Assembly: GCA_000146465.1 (NCBI GenBank)
Contig: CP001947.1
Reading direction: 5' to 3' (one strand)
Length of the DNA: 64,000 bases
The notes under the pieces were generated by a model that was not told the origin of the DNA, did not search any database, and saw only the letters and a list, made by a program, of their open reading frames with translations. Position 1 is the first letter of the stretch. Every line of letters begins with the position of its first letter. This document shows positions 54,698-64,000 of the stretch, piece after piece. The translations under genes and the position numbers were made by a program.

Positions 54698-56779
54698 CTA
54701 CATTTTCTTCTTGAGGAGCTGGAGATACTGGCTATACTCCTCAGGATATTGTTCCGCCGTGCAGACGTTAGTCCATAGGCATCCCGAGCTCATCTTTTTG
54801 ATCTTTTCAGTGTTATCCAAGATGATCTGTCTATAGTCCATTTCCTCTTTCTTTTTTAACTCTTCCAAGCTTTCCCTGCCAACAAATTTGTTTCTATATA
54901 TAAAGACCTTGTCATAAATATTTCTAAGAGACTCGTCTAAATATGTCCGATCCCCAGTGGTGATAAGCAAATGATAATACAAGGCGGAAGCTTCTGTACT
55001 CCTTCCATTTGATAGGAGGAATGATATACCTTGCTCAATTCCTGGAGAATATTTGAGGAAATATTCCACCATGTCTGAAGACATCAATGTTTTCATCGAT
55101 TCGGGGAGTATGCATCCAACTAATAAATCATATCTCCCGCCTATAAATTGCACTATATCCCTAGATGCTTTACATCTATCCTTACTTTTCTTCCACATTT
55201 CACAGAGACATCTAAGAACATCCCATCCACTGACTATGGAATAAGCATGCTTTTGTGATATAAGATAAGCAAGGTTGTGTTTGCAAATACACTCAAGAGA
55301 AGAGTCTCTGCCGAACCCGGTCTTCTTCCACAAGAGTATAATTTCGGCTATTTTATCGTTTTTTTCCAATATCCTCACCACATCGTCAAACAGCCCAGTA
55401 CACTTGTAAAAAGGTTCCATAAACTCTTCTCCTTGCTCCATAAGCTTTCTTCCCTGGAGAAGGAAATATCTAGGAACTTCGATAAAATCAATATTCCTGA
55501 ATGAAATCTCCGCCATATCCACTAGGAGCTCCTCATTGATGGCTTGAGGGTGAATTATCTCGGTGATCTTTCCATATATCTTCTCTATATCCACATTCAT
55601 GCCCACAAATCTCTTATAAACCCTGTGTCCAAACTTCATGGCCTCGTTAAGAACCTTCAATTTTTTAATGGCTTTACTGTCTTTCTCTACTTCATTGAGC
55701 GTATTGCAGATCAACTTACAACATTCGACTTTGAACCCACAGTACACCAAAAAGCCCAAGAAATATCCTATCTTTCTTTCTTTGCCTTCCTCCTCTGCTA
55801 AGTCCCAGGAGTTCTCCTTTGTCTTGGAAAACTTGAAACTTCGGCACGTGTAAGGAGTGAAGTTTCCATTGAGCACATTGTTCAGTAATCTGTATTCGCT
55901 GTCTAGGAGTTTTAAGTCGAAATCCTTGTCATTGGGTAGAAAATACAAAAAAGAAGAACTAACGCCAATAAAGCAACCTCTGTAGGACCCAAAGGATTGT
56001 ACAAGGTCGTTTGTATCAAACAAATATCCGTCAACATAGAGAATATATCCGCTATTGGTGATGCCACTCATATAGAGTAAATTGTTCTGATACTTCAGAT
56101 ACTTCCATTTGGCGCTTATCCTTACATTAGGATTTATTCTTGCAAGAAGCTCAACTCCATCCGACACATCATACAAAAATATCTCGTTGTTCTTTTGAAT
56201 AGCTACTCCTTTGTCGCTTATAAATGCTTTCTGCGTGCAGGGATACTTCTTTAGGATTGGTATACCATCAGTAGAATAAATACTTGTGTAAGAATCTGTC
56301 TGGTAAACAATTATGTCTGTATTCGACGTTCTTCCACAAGAATAGGTGACTATAGTTCGGAAGTACGGGGAAATCCGCAGGTTTTTAAATCCACTCTCGG
56401 TGAGTAAGTAGAACGAGTTGCTGCTAAATATCACCACAGTCTGTCCCCAGGCGCTGATTTCAGGGCGTGAAAAGTTGTGTGCCATCTCACTGAACGAAGA
56501 CAATCCATCCGTAAAGTGATAGAGCTTGGTTGCTGTTATAGCAAACACATGTAAGCCGTCGTCTCTTTCGGAAATAGCTGCGTCTATAACAGGTAAGGCT
56601 TTGGAAACAGAAGTTTCTTCCCGGCGGCCCAGGAGTGGAACAGTAACTAGTTCTATATACTCCTCATTCCACAGAAGTATGCTTAGCTCATCACCTATTA
56701 CAACCATTTTACTCCTTTTTGGATCAAACCTTACAAGAAAGTTCAGATTGTTTCTTACTGACAATGGGACAAGAAACAT
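54698..56779 (-). CDS. Large hypothetical protein (693 aa); beta-rich N-terminal half, helical C-terminal half
   Basis: True ATG preceded by GTTATCCCCAGGA. A possible Vps16/HOPS-like architecture is speculative. Confidence 0.4.
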   Translation of the reverse strand: MFLVPLSVRNNLNFLVRFDPKRSKMVVIGDELSILLWNEEYIELVTVPLLGRREETSVSKALPVIDAAISERDDGLHVFAITATKLYHFTDGLSSFSEMAHNFSRPEISAWGQTVVIFSSNSFYLLTESGFKNLRISPYFRTIVTYSCGRTSNTDIIVYQTDSYTSIYSTDGIPILKKYPCTQKAFISDKGVAIQKNNEIFLYDVSDGVELLARINPNVRISAKWKYLKYQNNLLYMSGITNSGYILYVDGYLFDTNDLVQSFGSYRGCFIGVSSSFLYFLPNDKDFDLKLLDSEYRLLNNVLNGNFTPYTCRSFKFSKTKENSWDLAEEEGKERKIGYFLGFLVYCGFKVECCKLICNTLNEVEKDSKAIKKLKVLNEAMKFGHRVYKRFVGMNVDIEKIYGKITEIIHPQAINEELLVDMAEISFRNIDFIEVPRYFLLQGRKLMEQGEEFMEPFYKCTGLFDDVVRILEKNDKIAEIILLWKKTGFGRDSSLECICKHNLAYLISQKHAYSIVSGWDVLRCLCEMWKKSKDRCKASRDIVQFIGGRYDLLVGCILPESMKTLMSSDMVEYFLKYSPGIEQGISFLLSNGRSTEASALYYHLLITTGDRTYLDESLRNIYDKVFIYRNKFVGRESLEELKKKEEMDYRQIILDNTEKIKKMSSGCLWTNVCTAEQYPEEYSQYLQLLKKKM

Positions 56780-56825
56780 TCCTGGGGATAACCATTAGAC
56801 AAGGATATATGTAAGTACTTGAGGA

Positions 56826-57542
56826 TTATAATTCTCCTTTAATATTCGACGAGGGAAGCCTTTCGGATATTCCAGACTTCCTGAAAACATGTTTGTAATA
56901 TACTGCAAAGAAGTCCATATAAAGTAGGGTCTGAACAATCCCACATGCAATGGGAATATTTCCTGTGTTCCTTATATTATAGAATCTTTTGACGATGAAG
57001 TATACTGTGTACGAAGCCCTGTAAAGGCCCAGCAGAAGAATGTATTTAGAAGTCATTGTCTCTGATTCACCGGCTTCTTGGAGCTGAACAAGTTGTGGAA
57101 GAATAGAAACGCTTTCAAGGAACAAAGATGATATGTACAGGACTTTGGGGACATATTTGGAGAAACTTCCTGAATCCCTGGCAAAGTACAACGAAAGCAC
57201 AAAGCACGGGATTATCAGAACTAAGATATTAAACTTGTCCCACTTCTTGTCGTAGGTGGAAAAGTACTTGAATCTCATCAAGAAAAGAATGAGGACTTGG
57301 AACCCGATAAATAAGATCTTCATTATGAAGTTGTAAACTTCAAGAGGGCTTTCGACGTGGAGATCAAGGAGATCGATATATCTAAATACAAATACCATGG
57401 CATACAGGAATTGAGTCTTGAGTGACAGCCCACTACAGGACCTTGTTTTTGTTATCTTTGTTATTAACACAATTTTTGAGGCCACGTGAAGGAAGTCCCC
57501 ACAAAATCTGAATGCATCTGCTATTATATATGGAAGAAACAT
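56826..57542 (-). CDS. ERD2: ER lumen protein-retaining receptor (KDEL receptor, Erd2)
   Basis: Near-colinear with the Erd2 family: FRFCGDFLHVASKIVLITKITKTRSCSGLSLKTQFLYAMVF...LESVSILPQLVQLQEAGESETMTSKYILLLGLYRASY. TAACCCCAAAG precedes the ATG. Confidence 0.9.
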   Translation of the reverse strand: MFLPYIIADAFRFCGDFLHVASKIVLITKITKTRSCSGLSLKTQFLYAMVFVFRYIDLLDLHVESPLEVYNFIMKILFIGFQVLILFLMRFKYFSTYDKKWDKFNILVLIIPCFVLSLYFARDSGSFSKYVPKVLYISSLFLESVSILPQLVQLQEAGESETMTSKYILLLGLYRASYTVYFIVKRFYNIRNTGNIPIACGIVQTLLYMDFFAVYYKHVFRKSGISERLPSSNIKGEL

Positions 57543-57662
57543 CTTTGGGGTTAGGAAAAGTTTTGAAGATAGGTCTTAGTGGGGAGAGACATGAGGTTGT
57601 AAGGGTTAGGCCTGGAAATAATAAGTTTCAAAAGGGAAGTGGGACCGCAGCCTCGTGAGGAA

Positions 57663-57734
57663 GGTTGCGTGGTGTAATGGTTATCACTTCAGACTCTGAA
57701 TCTGACAATCTGAGTTCGAATCTCGGCGCGACCA
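57663..57734 (+). tRNA. tRNA-Gln (anticodon CTG)
   Basis: 72-nt cloverleaf: acceptor GGTTGCG/CGCGACC, anticodon stem TCAGA/TCTGA with loop CTCTGAA, T arm CTGAG-TTCGAAT-CTCGG, discriminator A. Confidence 0.8.
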
Positions 57735-57920
57735 ATAGCTTTTGGCCCAAAGCTTAATTGTTTAAATTTTGCTGAGGACTCTTTGTATAGAAGGATGCTT
57801 TGTTCTTTCAAAACAAGAAATATGGGCACCACAAACTTTTCGTATCAGAATGAAAACAAAATCGCTTTGAAAACTTGTTTTAACTGCAGAATAAAAGAGA
57901 AAGGAGTCTGTTTTTGAATA

Positions 57921-58613
57921 ATGTTTAACCACCCAGAGTGGATATCATATCACCTAAACAGCATCTGGAACGAGACAAACGAGAAATGGAATGAAGGTGA
58001 TATGGAATGGAAGACCGTGGGTGTAACCCCGAGTAGATTTATCGATATTCCTGGAGATATAGAGACAAACAAAAAAGGGCTTCCGCCAATAGGGTTCAGG
58101 GCCATGTTCCCTGGAAGGTGGTACTCTGTTGTTGAGTTTCCCAGCGGAAGACTTGAAATAGGCTATCACACGAATATAATTGATTTGGATACATATGTGA
58201 TACTAGAAGCGGACCGAGGAGAGGATTGCGGGAAAATAGTTGGAAACATGAGTGAACACGAATTCGAAAGCTCTGTTGCAAAGATAAGAGATACAAAGAT
58301 CGAGTTTGAGCTCAAAAAGATACTCCGAAGGGCGTCTCTTGATGATCTTAATAAGCTGAGACAGAGGAAGAAGATAGAGGCTGAGTCTCTGAAGCAATGC
58401 AAAGACCTGGTCAATGCTAGAAATCTAAATATGGAGATACTGAGCTGCGAGTATCAATGGGACATGAAAAAAATAACATTCTACTTCAAAAGTGACCGGA
58501 GAATAGATTTTAGAGATTTACTGAAAGAACTGTTTAAGATATTCAAAGTAAGAATCTGGATGTGTGCAGAAAGAAGAACCAATAACGATCTAATTAAAAA
58601 AATATTAGGATAA
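57921..58613 (+). CDS. PSP1 C-terminal domain protein
   Basis: [18 protein letters not shown]...[16 protein letters not shown] matches the PSP1 C-terminal conserved region. Confidence 0.6.
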   Translation: MFNHPEWISYHLNSIWNETNEKWNEGDMEWKTVGVTPSRFIDIPGDIETNKKGLPPIGFRAMFPGRWYSVVEFPSGRLEIGYHTNIIDLDTYVILEADRGEDCGKIVGNMSEHEFESSVAKIRDTKIEFELKKILRRASLDDLNKLRQRKKIEAESLKQCKDLVNARNLNMEILSCEYQWDMKKITFYFKSDRRIDFRDLLKELFKIFKVRIWMCAERRTNNDLIKKILG

Positions 58614-58736
58614 ATTCCACCAATGAGGGAGACCAATCTGTTACATAGAATTGTCTCACATTGGAAATATTTGTTAGGATATTGTTTGTTTTAAGTAAAA
58701 GTGAAATTTGTCTCACCCTTGAAAGTGAAGGAGAAA

Positions 58737-60302
58737 ATGGAAGATGGAGACGGGATGGAAGACACGGACGGGGAAAGATTTAGCGAAGCCATGGCAGCCT
58801 TAAATAGAATATCACAGTCCATTAGTCTAATGGATAAAAACAATAGGGATTGTTTGGCATGCGATAATACCATTGAAATCTCGACGATTGGAGATGTTGT
58901 TCGGATGTATTCCTATCTTCTTGCTTGTGTGTCTGATCATGTGGCCAAGGTTCTACCTATTGACTTCCGGGATGCCTTTATTGTGGAGAGTCTTATTCTT
59001 GACAACATCTGCGAGAAAAAGGTACTTGACTTCAATAAGATCTTTGAAGAAATAAGAGAACCCTGCGACTTTGTAAAGAAAGAAATACGGGAAGCAGCTG
59101 AGAAATGCTTACTGAACAATTCTATAAACATCGACTGCGAACAAGAGCTGGATTCTCTGATGTACAAGGTGTACAAGAAGTGTGTGGATTCCAATTTTTC
59201 CAAAAACCTCAGTCTGAAAGAGGTGGAACTTCTGCTTGTGATTTTGTTTAGAAGATCGGAATCTTCGAGATTCTTCAAGGTTTTTGGCAGGCATAAAAAA
59301 AGTAAGGGGATATTTAGACTAGGGCTTCTTATGAGTCTTAAGGATGGAGACGAAGCCAGCATGCACAAATTGCTGGAAGGATATAACGAAGATAGTCTTT
59401 CAGTAGAAAGCTACTTTCTGAGCAACGAGAGTGATTTTCTTAGGAGGTCGATTGATCCTGACTGGATTCTCCTTGGGGAGGATAATAAAGAATGGATCTC
59501 TTTTAGAAGAAAAGAAATGGAATGGGAAGAATGCGTTCATTTCTGGGCTGTAAACAGAGAGGGATCCTCTTCTGCACTAAATAAGTCAATGATGGACCTC
59601 TGCATCAAACACGAGAAGTATGAGGAGGGATGGGTTGTTTACTCCCGAGGATGCAAAAAAACACTCTATGTTATACACAAGGCATGTCTTCTTTCGCTGA
59701 AGGGGCTGAGACAAACCAACGATCGAAAGTGGATTTCAAGGCTGTTTGAAGTAGTGGAAGCCTCAGGACCTGAAGAAGACGATGCAAAATATTTGGTCGC
59801 AAGTGACGTCATTGAAAACCTCTCGGCTCTCTCTGAAAATACGCGGAATCTTGTCCTGAAAGAATTTATAACCCGAATGGATCTTCTTGGAAAAAACGAG
59901 AAAATAGTGAATTTGGTTATAAGAGGACTTCTATCCCTCTGCCAGAAGTGCGAAGAGAGCCAGAAAGCACATACTTCCCTTGGGAACTATGCCGACATTC
60001 TATACACTAAGTGGAAAAAACACAAACTTTGCGGCAACTATCCTCTAGACAACCGAGACCAAATCGAGTCAGAAATATATTCAAATGTGCTGAGTGTTTT
60101 CGATACTTTGCAAGATAAGGAAAAAGTCCTTGGAGTTTGCAAAGACGTGGTTAACAGCAATGCAAAGATAACCAAAGAACTTTGCTCCAAGATTCAGGCA
60201 CTCCACACAGTGAACCTTGAGTCCCTTAAATCGGAACCTACGTCCCTGGAACAGTATTCTGTCTTAGAGCGGCTAGTATCGCTCGTTCTGCAGAAGCATT
60301 AA
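58737..60302 (+). CDS. Hypothetical protein (about 521 aa)
   Basis: The track start is a GTG. First ATG is at 58737 (MEDGDG...), with CACCCTTG 22 nt upstream. Helical, no family recognised. Confidence 0.45.
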   Translation: MEDGDGMEDTDGERFSEAMAALNRISQSISLMDKNNRDCLACDNTIEISTIGDVVRMYSYLLACVSDHVAKVLPIDFRDAFIVESLILDNICEKKVLDFNKIFEEIREPCDFVKKEIREAAEKCLLNNSINIDCEQELDSLMYKVYKKCVDSNFSKNLSLKEVELLLVILFRRSESSRFFKVFGRHKKSKGIFRLGLLMSLKDGDEASMHKLLEGYNEDSLSVESYFLSNESDFLRRSIDPDWILLGEDNKEWISFRRKEMEWEECVHFWAVNREGSSSALNKSMMDLCIKHEKYEEGWVVYSRGCKKTLYVIHKACLLSLKGLRQTNDRKWISRLFEVVEASGPEEDDAKYLVASDVIENLSALSENTRNLVLKEFITRMDLLGKNEKIVNLVIRGLLSLCQKCEESQKAHTSLGNYADILYTKWKKHKLCGNYPLDNRDQIESEIYSNVLSVFDTLQDKEKVLGVCKDVVNSNAKITKELCSKIQALHTVNLESLKSEPTSLEQYSVLERLVSLVLQKH

Positions 60303-60491
60303 AGATCTTGGGTTCCTCCTCTGTATCCAAGCCCTTGGGTTTCTCAAAGATTTTTTGCTTAGTGTTCATAAGTTGTCGTTTTCCTTCTTCCACTTCTCTT
60401 CGGACACACGGAGTTCGTTTCCTAAGAATTAATAATTTAAATTAAGATGAAAACCATAATAAAATTTTATTAAGTAAGACCATACCACACA

Positions 60492-61328
60492 ATGGAATTC
60501 TTTTCAACTTGCAAAAATTATATATATAAAAGATGGAGATATATCGAAGATCTTTTTTTTACGATATGTATAGCTCTTCAATACAATTGTGACACCAACG
60601 ATAATTCTACACCCTTTGTAATAGCACTTATAACTATGATTTATCTTTTGATCAAGACAATTTATGGACTATTAGACGGATTTGAGGTAGACAATAATAC
60701 GCCATTCACGGTATTCGATTTGATTCAAACATTTCTTATAGTAATACACATCTTTGTGTATTTTCTGGCCTTTGTTTCGATTTGTAAGATTTTCGAATGC
60801 AAAGATCCCCAATGGAGATATGATATCGACCCCAAATCCTTGATTATCTCCCAAACATCATACATGTTTTTGGCATCTCAATCTATCATGGAGAATATTG
60901 GCTCAAACTTCGCAATAGAAATAGTCCGCAGTATTTTGGGATTTTATGAGATAACTAATCTCTCAGGCATGGCTAGCTACCATAACTATGGAAGCATCTT
61001 ATCTCAAATATATCCGATGGCCTTTTCATTTCTTCCTTTTATCCTGGGAGAAACCTCTTCAATTATAGGAAAGTGGCTGTCTCGGAATAAACTAGTGGAT
61101 TACATTCCCAGAGTAGCTAAAACAATCACAGTTATTGCTTCTATCATGTGCATCGTTGTGGGTATTTATGGAACTTTCACAATCCTAAATTTCACAGGAA
61201 ATATTACTCCAACCAATTTAGTTGGTGAATCTAGCTACAATTCCTCCTTTAGAAATTCTGTTAAAAAAACTATATTTGGAATTGCAGAAGAATGTGGACA
61301 TTACCTTTTTTTCAGAAAAAACCGTTAA
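60492..61328 (+). CDS. Hypothetical polytopic membrane protein (278 aa)
   Basis: Six or more hydrophobic helices. No family recognised. Confidence 0.45.
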   Translation: MEFFSTCKNYIYKRWRYIEDLFFTICIALQYNCDTNDNSTPFVIALITMIYLLIKTIYGLLDGFEVDNNTPFTVFDLIQTFLIVIHIFVYFLAFVSICKIFECKDPQWRYDIDPKSLIISQTSYMFLASQSIMENIGSNFAIEIVRSILGFYEITNLSGMASYHNYGSILSQIYPMAFSFLPFILGETSSIIGKWLSRNKLVDYIPRVAKTITVIASIMCIVVGIYGTFTILNFTGNITPTNLVGESSYNSSFRNSVKKTIFGIAEECGHYLFFRKNR

Positions 61329-61569
61329 TCACAATCTTGGTTACTTTGAAAGTTGAAAGGCCATCCTATTCTCTTTCAAAGGCTTATACGGCGGCCATTA
61401 AGGACGTTGTAGGGCACCATAATTAATTTTTTGCTTTGAATCTATGATTGTATGATTTCTTTGGTGCCGATATATCAAAAGGTATTTTTAATATAGGTTT
61501 TACCAATGAAAAGGAAATAGAAAAGGAAGATGGTATAAATCAATTCGGAATCACGCCCTAGACAGTTGA

Positions 61570-62292
61570 ATGCAGTTGGTATGGATATTCATTTTGTTTG
61601 ATATATTGTTTACTTCTGCGATTGAAGAAGTAAAAAAAGCATGGGAAAAAGGTATGTCCCGTGAGCTAAATAGCTCGGAAGTCAAGAGGCTAGAAGAAGA
61701 ACTTGGGAATGTTGCAGGGATGGATATGAATGGTTTGATTCCATTGATCTTTCATGAAAACGAGGTTATTGTGTCACCTGTTACTAAATACAGGGATATC
61801 GAAGATAGTAAAAGAAAATATGTCGAGAACATTATCGAAAGACTTCCAAGCCTAGCATGGGAGTCGATGGTGGGCATCTATGTCCCAAAACACGCTGATT
61901 GGATCTGGAAGTTAATGAATGATATCTTCTTCAAAGGAAAATACCGTGACAATTTTGATGTTCTTGATACGTACCGAGGAGGGAAATCAAAAAGGCTTGA
62001 GCCGAGGTTAGTGGATCTGATTATGAACATATTCAAAAGAAATGCTGAAATGTTGAAGGACTTTGGAGAAAGTCTTTCTAATGAAGCAAAAAAGAAGATG
62101 GGAGAGATATCAAAGAACATGGATAGCAAGAAACGAGAGAAAGAGGAGGAGATATTAACCAAGGTCCAAATATATGGAAAGAGTCTGTGCACCAAATCAA
62201 AAAAAGAACAAATAATAAAAGCACAGAAAATAGTGTGTGATGCATGCGTGTATCTTTGGGAGAGAGAAAGACAGAACAAGCTTCCTTCTTAA
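61570..62292 (+). CDS. Hypothetical protein with N-terminal signal-peptide-like segment (240 aa)
   Basis: MQLVWIFILFDILFTSAIE hydrophobic leader. CACGCCCTAGACAG precedes the ATG. K/E-rich C-terminus. Confidence 0.45.
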   Translation: MQLVWIFILFDILFTSAIEEVKKAWEKGMSRELNSSEVKRLEEELGNVAGMDMNGLIPLIFHENEVIVSPVTKYRDIEDSKRKYVENIIERLPSLAWESMVGIYVPKHADWIWKLMNDIFFKGKYRDNFDVLDTYRGGKSKRLEPRLVDLIMNIFKRNAEMLKDFGESLSNEAKKKMGEISKNMDSKKREKEEEILTKVQIYGKSLCTKSKKEQIIKAQKIVCDACVYLWERERQNKLPS

Positions 62293-62320
62293 AATTTACC
62301 TGAGAAACTTGGAGTTTAGT

Positions 62321-63346
62321 ATGATGGGACTAAGTCAAGATGAGACCGAACCGTTATTTCACTACATAAGCCACGAAATCCTAGTAAATACGCCTGAGAA
62401 GTTTAGAAAGGAAGTTGTAGGAGAGTTAATCCAACTAGCTCTCCTAAAGAATGAAGAAATTCCCCCAGAGCATGCCAATATGATTATAGAGGAAGTCATT
62501 AAAAGAAAAAATGATGAAATGAAGGAAGAAGCAAGGAAGATAAAAAAACAGGAGGAAGAAAGACACCGATATGAAGAGGAGCTGATAAGAGAGGAAGAGA
62601 AAGAAAAAAGAGAATATCTAAGGTCTAAAAAAGAAGTAAAAAAGGTAAAAAAAAATAATAAGACGAAGAAAGAAGTAAAGAAAGAACAAGCTGAAGAAGA
62701 GGTTCTCGAAGGGGCTTCTAACTATGCGAAGAATAAAGATAGGAGTGTCGTACATTTCTACAAAATTCACAAGAGGGTCTTTCGATGGATGATGGACACT
62801 CAGAATATCAAAAGAGAATTAGATGCCGGGAGCGAAGAAAAATGGAAAAAAAGAAGCATTAAAGATATAAAGAAACAAAAAGTGGTACACGACATAATAG
62901 AAGTTACGAAGATACTCAAGAAGGATTACTCCGACAAGTTTTTCATAGATACTGAAAGTTATCTCAAAAATGGTAGTAAAAGACGGGGGAAAATAGCAGT
63001 TGGAATGCTTGAAAACGAAGGAAGTAAAAAACTGGGAATAGTAGAGGTTGGGATTTTTGAAGACAGAAATGGAAGAGATGTTATTTATCATTTAATGTTC
63101 AAATCCATAAACTCAGAAAATATAGAAAAAGTCGTAAATTCCGCATTGGAGAAGATGGATAGCATAGACGAAATAAATATCTTGGATGATCCTTCAAACC
63201 TAAAAGGATTCAATTATTCAAAGAATATACGCTCAGAGACTATAGAAAAGGAAAAGCATATTAAAATAGTATGGAGGGATCCCAAGGAGATTTCTATAAT
63301 AATAAAGAGTCTCACAATATTTCACAAGCCATTCGGAATACAATAG
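62321..63346 (+). CDS. Hypothetical K/E-rich coiled-coil protein (about 341 aa)
   Basis: The track start is a GTG inside the previous gene. First ATG is at 62321 (MMGLSQDE...), with AAAATTT about 30 nt upstream. Highly charged low-complexity middle. Confidence 0.4.
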   Translation: MMGLSQDETEPLFHYISHEILVNTPEKFRKEVVGELIQLALLKNEEIPPEHANMIIEEVIKRKNDEMKEEARKIKKQEEERHRYEEELIREEEKEKREYLRSKKEVKKVKKNNKTKKEVKKEQAEEEVLEGASNYAKNKDRSVVHFYKIHKRVFRWMMDTQNIKRELDAGSEEKWKKRSIKDIKKQKVVHDIIEVTKILKKDYSDKFFIDTESYLKNGSKRRGKIAVGMLENEGSKKLGIVEVGIFEDRNGRDVIYHLMFKSINSENIEKVVNSALEKMDSIDEINILDDPSNLKGFNYSKNIRSETIEKEKHIKIVWRDPKEISIIIKSLTIFHKPFGIQ

Positions 63347-63621
63347 AGACGCTTAATCCAGCGTATAGTGATTAAAATAATAGGATATTTCTTAAATATA
63401 TTTAGTCCTCAGGTTGTAAATTCAGTTCTTTTCGGCACCAGTCTGGTTTGTTCTGGAAAACAAAAAAGGCTTGGACAAAGTCTAAGTGGAATTATTTCCC
63501 AGAATTATAGAAGAGCATCTAGAACCATAACTTCTTTAGTATTTTCATTCAAATTAGTACGGTTTTTTATTTACCATAAAGGGTAATGGCATTATAAAAG
63601 TACTCTTCGATTTAGAAATAG

Positions 63622-64000
63622 ATGATATCGATAAGGGCTTTAGGAGCTGCTAGCTTTCTGTTGGGAATGATAAGAAATGCAGCAGCAATCAACTTTTTTG
63701 GCAATAATAATAACAAGAAAAGCAGCCTTGAGCCTTCGGAACTCAATGAAAAACTAATGTCAGGAGGGCGTCTTTTCCGTGTGTGCCTGACCGGAGGCCC
63801 GTGCGGAGGAAAAACGACACTTCAGATCTCGGTAGCAGACATGTTTGAAAACATGGGATGGCATGTGTTTCGATCTCCAGAAGTAGCCACTATTCTCTTA
63901 GGAGGAGGAGTTGAGTTTGGAAGACTAAAACCTTATCAACAGAAGGTGTTTCAGGTGGATATATTGAAAGTGATACTTCAAATCGAAGACGCTTACAATA
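63622..64000 (+). CDS. P-loop NTPase/kinase, 5' partial (runs off the window end)
   Basis: Open frame from ATG 63622 to the window edge, containing the Walker A motif CLTGGPCGGKTTL. Not in the ORF track because no stop is reached. Confidence 0.45.
   Translation, partial: MISIRALGAASFLLGMIRNAAAINFFGNNNNKKSSLEPSELNEKLMSGGRLFRVCLTGGPCGGKTTLQISVADMFENMGWHVFRSPEVATILLGGGVEFGRLKPYQQKVFQVDILKVILQIEDAYN

Noticed and set aside
56800-56850. Plus-strand 'ATGTAAGTAC...' at 56808, resembling the ATG|GTAAGT ribosomal-protein intron signature
   Set aside because: It lies in the 46-bp spacer between two minus-strand genes (54698-56779 and ERD2). The reverse strand here is the CCC-motif promoter (GTTATCCCCAGGAATG) of the 693-aa ORF. 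No plus-strand reading frame follows.
61340-61425. Spacer segment ending in AATTAATTTTTT downstream of the membrane-protein gene, considered as a possible small Pol III RNA
   Set aside because: No TATA or CCC upstream. No snRNA or snoRNA box (no ACAGAGA, C/D or H/ACA elements) recognisable. More simply explained as a 3' UTR or terminator. Left for a covariance-model scan.
1-64000. Search for CRISPR arrays, transposons, long terminal or inverted repeats, rRNA genes
   Set aside because: No direct-repeat or spacer arrays. No transposase, integrase or reverse-transcriptase ORFs. No rRNA-like conserved blocks seen. The window appears to be core housekeeping chromosome.

Overview
This window is a gene-dense, compact eukaryotic nuclear segment of about 64 kb. 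It carries roughly 60 protein-coding genes on both strands, with intergenic spacers of 40-150 bp and many head-to-head pairs less than 60 bp apart. Four observations, all seen directly in the sequence, point to a microsporidian-type (or closely related reduced-fungal) genome. (1) Gene density is high and spacers are tiny. (2) A C-rich triplet ('CCC') lies 3-25 nt upstream of most ATG start codons, and RPL19, RPL14, RPS26, RPS18, RPL36 and several other genes also carry an 'AAATTT' element. (3) Three ribosomal-protein genes (RPL19, RPL14, RPS26) are interrupted at or inside the start codon by 29-33 nt introns with the pattern GTAAGTGA...CTAA(C/T)...AG. (4) A U2 snRNA gene and two tRNA genes are present. 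I take the organism to be a microsporidian on the strength of established descriptions of these promoter motifs and start-codon-proximal micro-introns, but this is an inference, not a database result.

I hand-corrected many 'M' start positions from the ORF track. The track translates TTG and GTG as M, so I moved each start to the first in-frame ATG that sits behind a CCC motif.

Recognisable products:
- Ribosomal proteins: L19e, S18 (uS13), L36e, L14e, S26e.
- Transcription and chromatin: TFIIB, Mediator Med21, an Epl1-like NuA4 subunit, two tandem HMG-box proteins, and a C2H2 zinc-finger factor.
- RNA processing and translation-associated: an Sm-like protein (SmF/LSm6 type), an OLA1/YchF GTPase, a Pus7 pseudouridine synthase, a DEAD-box helicase, a translational GTPase of the eRF3/Hbs1 family, Rqc2/NEMF, deoxyhypusine hydroxylase, a Dph1/2-like protein, a CCR4-NOT NOT-box protein, a Trf4/Cid1-type nucleotidyltransferase and a multi-KH protein.
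- Replication, cell cycle and repair: an ExoIII-type AP endonuclease, a Cdt1-like protein, GINS Psf2, APC8/Cdc23 and a Bub3/Rae1-type WD40 protein.
- Membrane traffic, transport and metabolism: alpha-SNAP, a GPN-loop GTPase, a MARCH-type E3 ligase, a Cdc50/Lem3 P4-ATPase beta subunit, a Sec1-family protein, an amino-acid permease, a PAQR/Hly-III protein, the KDEL receptor Erd2, nucleoside diphosphate kinase, an Erv1 sulfhydryl oxidase, a PSP1 C-terminal domain protein, ferritin, and a Vtc4 polyphosphate polymerase (SPX-VTC).
- Several large lineage-specific ORFs with no recognisable family.

No CRISPR arrays, transposons or prokaryotic features are visible.

The items most worth a second look are:
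- the unannotated U2 snRNA locus at about 24.8 kb, which spurious ORFs mask in the track;
- a second candidate structured-RNA locus in the unusually long 0.6 kb spacer at about 35.3-35.9 kb;
- the start-codon-splitting introns;
- the shared AAATTT/CCC promoter architecture, including on non-ribosomal genes;
- an antisense overlap between a tRNA and the 3' end of a coding sequence;
- ferritin and Vtc4 in an otherwise reduced gene set.
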